Below, one piece after another: positions 1 to 10,700 of a DNA stretch of 38,079 nucleotides. Source of the stretch: a bacterium. GTDB lineage: Bacteria > SAR324 > NAC60-12. Below the pieces are notes generated by a model. It saw nothing but the letters and a program-made list of their open reading frames with translations, ran no database searches and was not told where the DNA came from. The stretch spans positions 1 to 38,079 of the forward strand of contig CBDDTI010000030.1 in the NCBI GenBank assembly GCA_965233585.1. The letters are read 5' to 3'. Made by a program: the position numbers and the translations under genes. Each line of letters opens with the position of its first letter. Position 1 is the stretch's first letter.

Positions 1-170
1 GCGTTTTTTTGCATTTCAAGATGTCACATTTTTTGTGGCGGGGTTTTCACAACGCACGGGAAAAGAAAGAGGGAACGCGCGGTTATTTTTGCCTTTTTTG
101 CCAGAACGCACACAAAAAAAAGCTATACATGATAGCTAGGGAGTTTGAATTTGTAGTTCGTTGAATGTAC

Positions 171-390
171 TAATGGCATTAGAGCATTTTTTGCTCGAAG
201 CTAAAGAAATTATTTCATTTGTTGCCGTAAGGAGCTTCTCATGAAGCTCACTCCTCAAAGAGTGAGTCACTCGTTTGCTACGCTCACTCGTGACGTCACT
301 CTTTGACTTGTTCGCTTCATTCTTAGCTCATTACGGCGACTCATGAAATAATCTCTTTAGCATCTCGCAAATCATACTCTAATGTTACAT
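171..390. repeat. Long imperfect palindrome (foldback/MITE-like element)
   Basis: Arms pair across ~200 bp (CATTAGAG/CTCTAATG; GCTAAAGAAATTATTTCAT/ATGAAATAATCTCTTTAGC; TCAAAGAGTGA/TCACTCTTTGA). Shares end motifs TAATGGCATTA...TGTTACAT with 24485-24632. Confidence 0.6.
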
Positions 391-845
391 CGTGTTCACT
401 CAGGTATAGGGTCATTAATGGGCTGCCTTACATTTCAGGAGAAGTTAAGACACTCCACCCCTAAATAAAAGGTGGCAGGGAAAAATTGTATAGGGTTGAA
501 AAGTGTATTGGTTTCTCTTGGTAATTTACAACCTCTTTGCAAGAGTCCCTTGATGTCTAAGGGAGAGAAGGGTTGAAGCATCCTGGAACCTGCATGGTCA
601 GAAAAATTAGAGAAAATTTTATGTCACACTTTGCAGACTGCGATAGCAATGAGTGAAGAAACTAAGTGAAATATCTTCAAGGGTGTGGAACTTTTGTGTA
701 TGTAGCACCATGCAGCATATGGTTGGCTACCGCTAGACTAAAATGGAAGAAACATACATCCCTTTCATTCTAAAACCCCTTCTTCAAGTCTCTTTACTTT
801 TTACTTTTCCTCTGTTTAAATTGAATACTGGTTAATTCGATGGAA

Positions 846-1000
846 GGGGCCATCCACAAACTACGTAGACACTTTTCAGGAATTTTGACCCCCCTCTCCC
901 CAATCGCAGACAATTTTAGATTTTTTGCAATAAAACCCCCTAAAGTAGACAATTGGCTGACCCCCCTCCCCCTAAGTGTCTAGGTAGTTTGTGGACAGCC
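846..1000. mobile_element. MITE with ~25 bp terminal inverted repeats, possibly PIF/Harbinger-type
   Basis: GGCCATCCACAAACTACGTAGACAC at the left end is the imperfect reverse complement of GTGTCTAGGTAGTTTGTGGACAGCC at the right end. Non-coding interior. The right end abuts the Polinton TIR. Confidence 0.65.
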
Positions 1001-1541
1001 GGGTAATGTCCCTACATCACTCTCATTCGAGCTTGTTACGCTCTCAAAACACCTTAAAACGTTCTCAAAACACCTTAAAACAGGCTGAAACCGTCTTTCA
1101 ACCATCCGTTTACCGATAAAAACCATCTTGATGCGCTCTCAAAACACCTTCCTGGCATCTACATTGAGCCTGTTTCAACCTGAAATCGGCTTGTAATCGT
1201 CTGCAACCGGCTTGTTTTCGTCTGCAATCGGCTTGCAACAACCTCAATCGAGCCTGCAATCGGCTTGTTTTCGTCTGCAATCGGCTTGCAACAACCTCAA
1301 TCGAGCCTGTAATCGGCTTGTTTTCGTCTGCAATCGGCTTGCAACAGGCTCAATCGAGCCTGTAATCGGCTTGTTTTCGTCTGCAATCGGCTTGCAACAG
1401 GCTCAATCGAGCCTGTAATCGGCTTGTTTTCGTCTGCAATCGGCCTGTTGCAAGCCGATTGCAAGCCGTTTGCAACCTCAATTTTTCCCCACTTTCCACG
1501 TCTTGAATCAGTTCGGGGGCGCGAAGAAAGGTTCTGAGAAC
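1001..1541 (+). repeat. Left terminal inverted repeat of the Polinton
   Basis: GGGTAATGTCCCTACATCAC... to ...GGTTCTGAGAAC is the reverse complement of 23347-23886. Only a few differences seen (TTCGAG vs TTCAAG near 1029; homopolymer difference near 1485). Confidence 0.95.
1185..1478 (+). repeat. 53-bp tandem repeat array inside the TIR (mirrored at ~23410-23702)
   Basis: Unit CGGCTTGTTTTCGTCTGCAAT-CGGCTTGCAACA..CTCAAT-CGAGCCTGYAAT starts at 1208, 1261, 1314, 1367 and 1420. It is built from TGCAATCGGCT-like subunits. Confidence 0.9.
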
Positions 1542-1960
1542 GTCAATGTTTGAATTTCCGTTCTTCAAAAACAAACACAAATTAAAGCGCGACTCGTTTT
1601 GCATCAACAAATTATAATTCGCGCCAAAACTATTGTCATAAACAATAATTTCCGCTCGATAATTTTATCAAAAATAAACACATGTTCAACTTTTCAACAG
1701 TTATTGTTTATCAGTGTTTACGAAAAGATTCTCAACTCAACCAAATGTCGCAATTATTTATTGACAGAAAAAATCACGTTTGATTTTATTTTGATTTTAT
1801 GGATGATTTTTCTGCTACTGTGTCTAATTTTTAAGTAGCAAACTATTATCCTTAATTTTAAAATAAAAGAGCGCGCTTAATTTTAAATTTATTATTTTTA
1901 TGTCATAAACTATTTCAGTAATACATCATACGTCTTTGTATAAACATTTGCTGCAACTTC

Positions 1961-2305
1961 ATGGTTATCAACAACAATCTCACGTATCGACATTTTAAAA
2001 ATTCCCACGCTTTGTTGCGAAATATCTCAATTCTTCTCAACAGGATCAACAAAATCCTAAAGTCGTTGGATCAACGAGTATTTGCGTATCGTAAAAACGT
2101 TAAGGACCGCACGTGTTTCTTTTATATTCCAACATATGATTCCGAAACACGCGCGCGAATCATTTTTGCCATTCAAAGAGAATTACGAGTGTACCATTAT
2201 TATAAAAAAATAACCATCAAGTTTTTGTCTAAAACGTTTTGTTCGAAAAACAACGACATTTTTAATTATGTGGAGCCACGACTCGCCTCCCGCCAATCGC
2301 CGTAA
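1961..2305 (+). CDS. Hypothetical viral protein (114 aa, basic)
   Basis: ATG-initiated ORF in the left arm; no recognisable motif. Overlaps the next ORF, so the two may be one frameshifted gene. Confidence 0.4.
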   Translation: MVINNNLTYRHFKNSHALLRNISILLNRINKILKSLDQRVFAYRKNVKDRTCFFYIPTYDSETRARIIFAIQRELRVYHYYKKITIKFLSKTFCSKNNDIFNYVEPRLASRQSP

Positions 2306-2522
2306 TTGTGTCCGGAGAAATAGAGATGGAGAAGATCCTTTTAAATATATTTATTTTGTAAAAGACACCATTTCTCCTTGGCTTTTAGTTTTTCTTTGGT
2401 CTTTTTTAATGCTGCTCGGTCTATACGTTTTATTTGAACATGAATACAAATTATGGAAGAATATAAATGTTAACAACAAAACTGTAGATTTTTCTATCCC
2501 TCAAAATACAAATGTGTTGTAA
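2268..2522 (+). CDS. Small predicted membrane protein (84 aa)
   Basis: Hydrophobic stretch WLLVFLWSFLMLLGLYVLF. Confidence 0.35.
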   Translation: MWSHDSPPANRRNCVRRNRDGEDPFKYIYFVKDTISPWLLVFLWSFLMLLGLYVLFEHEYKLWKNINVNNKTVDFSIPQNTNVL

Positions 2523-2833
2523 GCGCGGTGTGTTTTACATTCTCAGCGTGAGTTTTCCCGTTTCTTTGCGTAAATTTCGCTCAACCCTCCCTTTGCGAAG
2601 TGTTTTTCATAAAGAATCTTTCGAAGCATTTTTTTGTATGAAAAAGTTCTTTTTATTTAATTTAGACAACAACTTCTAACTTTATTTATAATAAATGTAC
2701 AAATGTTCGCGTGTTTGACCGCCCGCTTTTATTATAGAAAATAAATAATTTCAAGTTTGCGATTCAAATACTTCACTTTATTTTCAATTCTTGAACATTT
2801 CAAAGTTCAAAGTAAATTTTCAAATCTGACACA

Positions 2834-3891
2834 ATGAACTTCAACATTATTATCGTCTTTTTCATTGGAGTCTTTTATTTGGCTTCATGCGAGGAAGACA
2901 TTATTTTATTAAAAAATCTTCTCGCTAAAATAGTCGGTTCTTCCAATTCTTCCGAAACAACCATCACGCCTACGATTGACTTTGCATCAACCACTTCTTT
3001 CACTTCAAGCACCACGTCCACTTCAAGCACCACGTCCACTTCAAGTACCACGTCCACTTCAAGCACCACAACTTCCACCAGTACTACCGCTGTCCCGCCT
3101 ACTACCTCCGCTACCACTGTCACGAGCTCTACCCTCTCAACCACGACTTCACCCGTGCCTGTGCTAGAAACAAGCACCGGTTCTGCCACCACTTTCAATC
3201 CGCCGATCTTTTCTGCTTCACCTAATGTAACAACCACAGATAATAGTTTCTCCTTCGCGGGTTTTGACTCCGCAATTTTTGACAGTAAGTATTGATTATT
3301 TTCTTTCAAGTCAACCTTTTATACAAATATCTTATTATTTTCAGATGTCTTCAAAATATTCGTAGGATCGGTGTTCGTCTTCATTTTTGTGACGTTCGCC
3401 ATTATAATGTATCAATTAAGAAGACTAAGCCATAATCACCAACAACCGTCTAATGTCGAAGTATGATTATTGCATTTTATAAAATATTTTGTCTACTCTA
3501 TATTTTTTTTTAGCCTATTGAAATGATTTCAATACAAGCTGCTGCAGATTCATCGACAAACGGTGAGGCTGTAGAAGAATCAAACGTCGAAATTTTGCCG
3601 GTTGAGTCAACCGCATCGGCGTTGCCGACCGACGCAACTACTTTTTCGCCAATTCCGAAAAAGTAGATCAAGCGACCAACACGGAGTATACGGTAGGAAA
3701 TTTATTATTATCTTTTAAATCGCTTATTAAATATAATTTATTTTTAGGTTTATCATAGACGACCGTATTTTTCAAGCATGATTCCTCCGTTATTTAACAT
3801 GCCTCGGACGGAACCTGCGGCGGCTTCTTCAATAAACAATGACCCTTCTCCTCCTCTTTGCGCCAAGCAAAATCTGTCTACTCCCGTATAA
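2834..3891 (+). CDS. Spliced type I membrane protein with Ser/Thr-rich mucin-like ectodomain
   Basis: Signal peptide MNFNIIIVFFIGVFYLASC and STTSTS repeats. GT-AG introns 3285-3344 and 3461-3513 join in frame to the TM segment IFVGSVFVFIFVTFAIIMY-QLRR. As written it stops at 3666; one extra T in the run near 3642-3646 extends it through intron 3693-3747 to TAA at 3891. Confidence 0.75.
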
Positions 3892-3999
3892 TATGTATAT
3901 ACAATATAGTTTTTATTTTTATTTGAATAAAATAAATGCGCATTTCATTTTATTTCTCAAAATACATTCATGCCTATGTACATTTTTGGTCGTTTTATT

Positions 4000-5209
4000 T
4001 TATTGTTGGATATGAGGCAGTTTTTTCTTGATGCCAAAACACAATTCCATGAAGGCTTTTGTTATTTCCTCCAGCCCTCTTAGCGGTACTTGAATCTTCA
4101 TAATCTTGGTCGAATACTGTTGGTTGTTTTCGTTATACTAAAAAAAAAATGCCTTTTTAGATAAAATTTTTCACGCGATTTGACGTACTTACGTGTTCCT
4201 TTTTCACATAAATCACCGGCCAGGCTGATAGTCCTCCGGCCTTTTGAATATGCCTCAACCCGGTGATTCCAACGGTCACTTGCGGATTAAGGTATACTAC
4301 CTTGTACATCGGCTTGATTGGAAGGCTGATGCTTTTCTCATCCACTTTTTTTGTCTTGATCAGCTCAATAAATTTTTTGAGCGTGGCTGGATTTATGTAC
4401 ATATACTAAAAAAAAATAAAATTATTTTAATTCATCAAATTAAGTTAATGTAAACTTACATTGTCTGGACCAAAAAAGTAGGCTTCTCTTGTTGAATGTT
4501 CTTTTTGCCATTCAGCAAAATCGATATCCCTTGTCTCGCATATTTTTTCGGTGGTCCAATTTCGAAAATATTGCTTTTGCTCATCTTCGTCCATTAAAAT
4601 TTGATACGACATCAATGACGCACCTTCATAGACCGCATGATTGTTGATTTCATTGTCCACCAACAATCTTTTTTTATTTGACCTTTTTCTTTTCTTTCCT
4701 AAAATGTCTTGAGTCTGCTCATTAAGATCTTCCTCATCATCATCATCATCATCATCATCATCGTCATTGTCATCATTTTCTGAACTTTCAACGCTTAACT
4801 CCTCCGCATCGGTTGAAACATCATCATCAGATTGATCAGTCGAAATTTCTGACTCTGATTCTTCTTCCGTTTCTTCATTCACAGACTCTGGTTCTGATGA
4901 TGAAATGTCGTGGTTTCTTTTTTGTTTTTTTCCTTTAATTATAAAATTTTAATTAATTGTAAAGCGTGTAAAAACCGACTTAAAATTAAAATTACCTGAT
5001 TTCAATTTATGTTTTTTATTTGTATTCTTCTTGGATTTTCCATTACCAATCTTCTTTTTATTAGTCTTTTTATTTTTCTTTTCCGCCTCTGACGTATTTT
5101 CAGCCTTTTTTTTCTTCTCATCATCAATGGTTTTATTATCAATCTCTTGCGATTTGCCATTTTTATTGGCTGTGTTAGGCTTTTTCTTTTTTGCTGGTGA
5201 TTTCTTCAT
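4000..5209 (-). CDS. Four-exon protein (~345 aa): Lys-rich N-terminus, Asp/Glu tract, NLS-like KKRKR, globular C-terminus
   Basis: Exons 5209-4996, 4932-4460, 4405-4193 and 4137-4000 join in frame through GTAA..AG introns of 54-63 nt. This unites three separate ORF-track entries. Confidence 0.8.
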
Positions 5210-5952
5210 CTTATTGCTTTAAATGCGGGTGATTTATTCCGACAATAAATCTGTACTGGCGTTTGTCATCGAATGTAGGTTCTTTTTAAATCTTTTTAAG
5301 TTCAAGGGAGTGTCAGTATGGCAATGTTCTAAGGGGCTCTCAATTCCACATGCGCGGGCAAGTAGCTGATAAGTTTCATCAATTTTGATTGGTTACACAG
5401 CATAAATAAGCTATCGCGCTAATGGTTGTAAATTTAAACGATGCTGAACGCGTTTGAGGTCAATTCTTATTAATGTTTTTGGTTCATCCTAAATTATAAC
5501 GCGTCAAGTCGTTAACAGACAATGGCCTAAGGAAATTATAGATAATTTTTTGTTTTTTGAACATGTTAAATTGTGAATTAAACAATGGTTCAAGAAAATT
5601 ACGGAAAATGAGTGCTCTTTGTGTGCGTGTATTTTCCATTAATTTTTCACATTCGACTAGTTAATATTTGTAACAAATTATATTTGTCAAAACTCGATCA
5701 AATCACCATTAATTTTTCTAAGTACTTAATGTTTCTCATGCTCAAGATTTGTAATTTGCTGTGGATATCCTTAATTTTTTTGTGCTTAATTTGTCATTAA
5801 TTTTTTCTCATGCAATTGGCTCGTAAATGCGCCAAACTATTTCCCACCAAAAATTGTATAAAAACGCGGTCATATTTTCAAATTCATCCATTATAAGTTC
5901 GAACATTCGTTGAAAGAAGATCTTCTGCCGTTCGCTATCAAAGGTAATTAAA

Positions 5953-6780
5953 ATGTCTAATTCACCAAATGATTCAAACAACCCTCGCCAAGTTTTTCTT
6001 GGCCCTGCAGGGTTAAGAATAAGATTTCATCTAAGAAACGCTGATGATTTAACATCACCGCCATCTCCACCGGTTGTGCCAATTGGACGAGGTCGAGGGG
6101 ATTTAAGGTCAAATGATGGCCCAAGTTCCTCTCTTCCTGCTCGCGGTGTTGGTCGAGGCCAGACAACATCTTCCTCGTTTAATCAACGGGGTCGAGTATC
6201 TGAACCGATAGTTGTAAACCCCGAAGGATTTGGAGTTATGGTTCAAATCAATAACAATCCAGTCGATGATTTAACATCGACCAATAACTCCGCCGATGAT
6301 TTAACATCGCCATCATCAAACAACGCTGTCGATGATTCAACATCGAGTTCCATGTCTCAAAGAATTTTTGCTGAGCGCAACACCTCAAACACTTCGGTCG
6401 TTGGTCGTGGTGTTGGTCGGGGACAAAATATTTATCGCCCCTTCAATCAAACGACTTCACCCTCGATTGGACGAGAGGTCAGACGTGGTGTTGGTAGGGC
6501 CGGAAGATATTCTTCTCCTTATCAACGTCCAAATCGATCAGCAGAAGAAATACAAGAGGAAAATTATTTCCCCACACCTTCAAATTTAGAAAGATCGAGT
6601 GACGGTCGTTTAGCCTCTTTTATTCTCGATTTAATCGATGCTGAAGGAGGCTCACCTTATGATTTGTTCAATCGTTATGCTGAGTACGTATTGCGTCAAC
6701 GCATTCAAATGCTTGAGCGTGAACGCGAACGCTTACGTGCTCAATATCAAAGATTATTGCGTCATTTTAGACAAGAATGA
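5953..6780 (+). CDS. Disordered RG-rich protein with C-terminal coiled coil (275 aa)
   Basis: Repeated GRG/RGVGR motifs and ADDLTSP repeats; ERERERLR coil; upstream TATAAAAA at 5857. Confidence 0.75.
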   Translation: MSNSPNDSNNPRQVFLGPAGLRIRFHLRNADDLTSPPSPPVVPIGRGRGDLRSNDGPSSSLPARGVGRGQTTSSSFNQRGRVSEPIVVNPEGFGVMVQINNNPVDDLTSTNNSADDLTSPSSNNAVDDSTSSSMSQRIFAERNTSNTSVVGRGVGRGQNIYRPFNQTTSPSIGREVRRGVGRAGRYSSPYQRPNRSAEEIQEENYFPTPSNLERSSDGRLASFILDLIDAEGGSPYDLFNRYAEYVLRQRIQMLERERERLRAQYQRLLRHFRQE

Positions 6781-6895
6781 TTTGTATTAAGTAATTTGTT
6801 TATATTTTGTCTGAGCTATATAGTTTTAATGTGTTTGTATATATTATTTCCAAAATTCATGCGTCAATAAATTTTGTTTCAGAATTTTAACAGAA

Positions 6896-7651
6896 ATGTC
6901 AAAATCCTACGTCTGCCGTGAATGTCAAAAATCGTTTGCTAGAAAATCTTCCCGAGACAAACATGAATCGTTTCGTCATCGTGAAACATCGTCAAAATTC
7001 CAAAATCGGACTCCATTAAATCAATCGCTTCAGTGCCCGTTTTGTAAGAATGAATTAAGTTCCTTTAAATCAAGAAAAGATTTGGTCTCTCACATTGATT
7101 CCTCTCATTTAGAAGATTTAAATTATTCTCTTTTTAAATCTGCTTTGAACGGTAAAATTAAAATTTTTCGGAAACATATATTTTCTACAGAAACGCTTCA
7201 CGCCTTTGTTGTTAATAGAGCAAATAGACAAGAAATTGTTGATGTTATTCGTCATGAATTGAGTAAAACCTTTACAGTAAAAGTTGCTTTAATTTTATCA
7301 GCGGCGTATCAAATTCCTGATTTAAATTCAGCTACAAAAGACACTGAGACGGAAGCCGCTGTTGATAATACTTCAACACAGCCTCAAACGGTTGTTAGCA
7401 ACATTGATAATTCAACTGAAAAAAGTCTTGATCAGTCGTCACATGAATTAATGCCTAGCGATCGAGATGTCTTTGCTTTAAGAACCGGCTATATTCAATT
7501 TACGTCTTTTGATTCTTCTCGCTCGTTAAAAGGTAAAGTTCAAAAATTATTAAACAATTTAATAAGTCGAGAAGAGGATTTGTTGATGAGAGGTTCCGGT
7601 TGGAGATTTGAATCTCTGTCTTTTAGCGACATCCAAATTACCAATATTTGA
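6896..7651 (+). CDS. C2H2 zinc-finger protein equivalent to the N-terminal (putative terminal-protein) region of Polinton PolB
   Basis: CRECQKSF..H..H and CPFC..H...H fingers. Ends with the GSGW motif that normally lies within the N-terminal part of Maverick PolB. Confidence 0.75.
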   Translation: MSKSYVCRECQKSFARKSSRDKHESFRHRETSSKFQNRTPLNQSLQCPFCKNELSSFKSRKDLVSHIDSSHLEDLNYSLFKSALNGKIKIFRKHIFSTETLHAFVVNRANRQEIVDVIRHELSKTFTVKVALILSAAYQIPDLNSATKDTETEAAVDNTSTQPQTVVSNIDNSTEKSLDQSSHELMPSDRDVFALRTGYIQFTSFDSSRSLKGKVQKLLNNLISREEDLLMRGSGWRFESLSFSDIQITNI

Positions 7652-7701
7652 TTTAAAGGACTTATTTTGTTGTATATAAAAAATTCAAGTAAGCTTTGGA
7701 A

Positions 7702-10700
7702 ATGGATTTTATAGAAATTCCGCGAAATTTAAAAAGATCTAACTGCTTGGAATGGAATACTCGATATGATAAATTCAACTTTCTTTATCTGTACATTAGA
7801 CATCTTTTTCCAGAAACTGCTTCCATTACAGATTTTCGTCAAATACCAGTAAAATATCTTAAAAAATTTAACATAAAAGGTTTTACGTTTCCTCTTCAAT
7901 TTTGTGATATAAAAAAATTTTTGTATAGAAATCGTCATTTACCAATTTCAATTTCCGTACTTTATGAAAGTGAAGGTCACGTTTCAAAGTTAGGGTTTAT
8001 TACTAACAAAAACAACGATAGGAGAGAAAATACTCTACATTTGTTAATGATAAAACACGATCCTAAAATCTCTTCCGATAAAATTTCTAGTAATTCCCGT
8101 CCCAAAAAATCGAGTTTTCCTTCCAAGTTTCCTAAAAAAATTAAAGATTTAAATCAACAGCATCATTTCTTTAAAATTACAAAACTCCAAGGTTTTTTGA
8201 ATAATCGGGCCGGACTGTTGTCGATTAACAAAGCGGGTCAACAGAAGTACATCCACTGTGAAAAATGTCTGCTGCGTTTTCGATCAAAATCCAAGAAAGA
8301 AAAGCATGAGCGGATTTGCTACGATAAGCAACGCACCATTTATCCCGGCAAAAATGCTGCTATAAGTTTTTCTAACCACAAACATAAGTTTAAAGCGCCT
8401 GTTGTGGGATTTTGTGATTTTGAAAGTGTACTTCAAAGAAACAAGGAACGATCTAAATGTCAACTTTGTTCTAAATTGGAATGCTTATGTGCTTTTCCCA
8501 CAAGTGACGATATAAATGTGCATAGACCGGTAGGCTACAGCCTGATTTTTGTGGACTCTGAAAATGAAGTATTCTTTCAAGAAGAATATTTAGGAGAGGA
8601 TGCAGCTAAACGTTTTTTGGATCGGATACCTCTCTACGAAAAAGTTGTTGAAGAAAGAAAACAAAAATTTAGAGATGTTCTCAAAACTCAAGCTACCCAG
8701 GAGGAATGGCAAATGTTTCGAAAAGCAACCGTTTGTCATATATGCGGTCTTCGATTTGCTACCCATCCTAAAAAGTATAGAAAGGTTTTGGATCACGATC
8801 ATGTCACAGGAAAAATAATGGGTGCGGCTCATTCGCTGTGCAATTTGACAAGATCCGGACCCTATCATACGCCAATTTTTTTTCACAATGCTCAAGGGTA
8901 AAATTTTTTATTTATTTTATTTTTTGCAATTAATTTTACAAATTAAACGTTTCAGATATGATTTGCATCTGATCATAGAAGAGTTAAACATTCGCCGATT
9001 TAAAAGAATGCCGGAAGTCTTGGCTAGAAACAGCGAGAAATTCCGCACTCTTACATTAGGCAGATTTAAAATTCAGGATTCATTAGAGCACATATCTGCC
9101 AGCTTAGACGCTCTTGTCCAAGATTTAAATCAAACTTCAAACTTTTCTTTCCCTATTTTACAACAAATGGAAAGATTCAAAAAAATTCCTATCCGTCAAA
9201 AATCAAAAGCTTTTAAACTTTTAAAAAGAAAAGGCATTTTTTGTTACGAGCATTTTCAATCATTACAAGAAATGAAAAAGAGTCGAAATCTCCCAACCAA
9301 AGATGCTTTTTATTCTGAATTAAATGAAGAACACATCTCAGAAACGGATTATTCTCATGCGCAAGAAGTCTTCAAACTGTTCAAGTGCAAGAATGTGGCG
9401 GATTACATGATGCTTTATTGTTCTTTGGATGTTATCCTGCTATGTGAAGCGTTTCTTCAATACAGAAAAATGGTTATGGAACATTTTCAATTGGATCCAA
9501 TCTATTACTTAGGTAAATTTCTTTTCTGTTGCTTGACATATAAAGTTTAAATATGAAATTTATTTCGTTTAATTTAGGAATTCCTGGACTAAGTTTTGAT
9601 GTTATGCTTATGTTCTATCAAAATTCTGAACGAGCTACAACAACAAAAGATAACCTCGCGGGTGAATCTTCCAAACCTCCAGGATCTCTGGATATCTATT
9701 CCGATCCTGAAATGGAGCACTTTTTCACAAAGGGTATCAGAGGCGGACAAAGCTTTATCTCTCAGCGTTATGCAAAAGGAAACAGCAATCCGAGAAAAAG
9801 CGGCGATCATTTACTTTACATTGACGGTAATTTTATACTGCATCGTTTGATTAATCTATTTATTTTAAATCAGTGACTTTTTAGCAAACAACTTGTACGG
9901 GAGCATGGAAACTTTAAAATTGCCAGTTTCTGATTTCGAGTGGGTTGCAAAAAAAGATCTTGAAAAATGGACTGCCAAAGATATTATCAAGATTCCTTCT
10001 CAAGACGAGACCGGGTACGCATTCGAAGTTGATTTGCATTATCCTCCTCATCTTCACCCGGTAAATCTGATCTTTTTAACACGTTTTGCATTTTGATAAA
10101 CGGTAAAATATTTACAGAAACATGATCAATTTCCGCTGGCTCCGTATACAGACACGGTTTCTTACAAACATCTGTCTCCTTATAATCGTCGTTTACTAAA
10201 ACATCTTAACCCTCGAGATTATAAGAACAAAAGATACCGAAGCAAGAAACTGTTGAGCACTTTTTATGATCGAAAAAAGTACGTGGTGCATCTGGAAAAT
10301 CTACAATATTATTTGAAAAAAGGCATGAAACTGTTGAGGATAAGAAGAGCTGTGAAGTTTCGGCAAAAAGCTTTTTTAAAAGAGTTTATTGAAAAAGTCA
10401 CGATGCTACGATCAAACGCTCGCAACGATTTTGAACTTCGGCTTTTTAAGCTTTTTGCCAACTCTACTTTTGGAAAGTTTATCGGTAAGTAAATATCCGG
10501 ATTTAGAATCTTTTTTGTATTTTTATATTTGCACAAGCGTGTGGTGGTACTGCCAATATTTAGTGCAAAATGTATTGGCAGTACACACCACACGCTCATC
10601 CGCATCTTCAATGTCGTTGTCGGGGGGCGCGTGAATCTCAGCCTCCACGGTGATGACCTCCCCGTCAAATTCCGCCATCCGGTTTTCCGCCGCCCGGATT

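Noticed and set aside
1185..1478. CRISPR-like array or the short ORFs (1212-1418, 1350-1610 and mirrors near 23396-23675)
   Set aside because: Contiguous tandem units without unique spacers, no cas genes, eukaryotic context. The ORFs are by-products of the repeat.
2875..3309. Val-rich minus-strand ORF
   Set aside because: Antisense shadow of the Ser/Thr repeat gene.
7696..10492. PolB as a fragmented pseudogene
   Set aside because: Every break coincides with a phase-correct GT-AG intron that restores conserved motifs.
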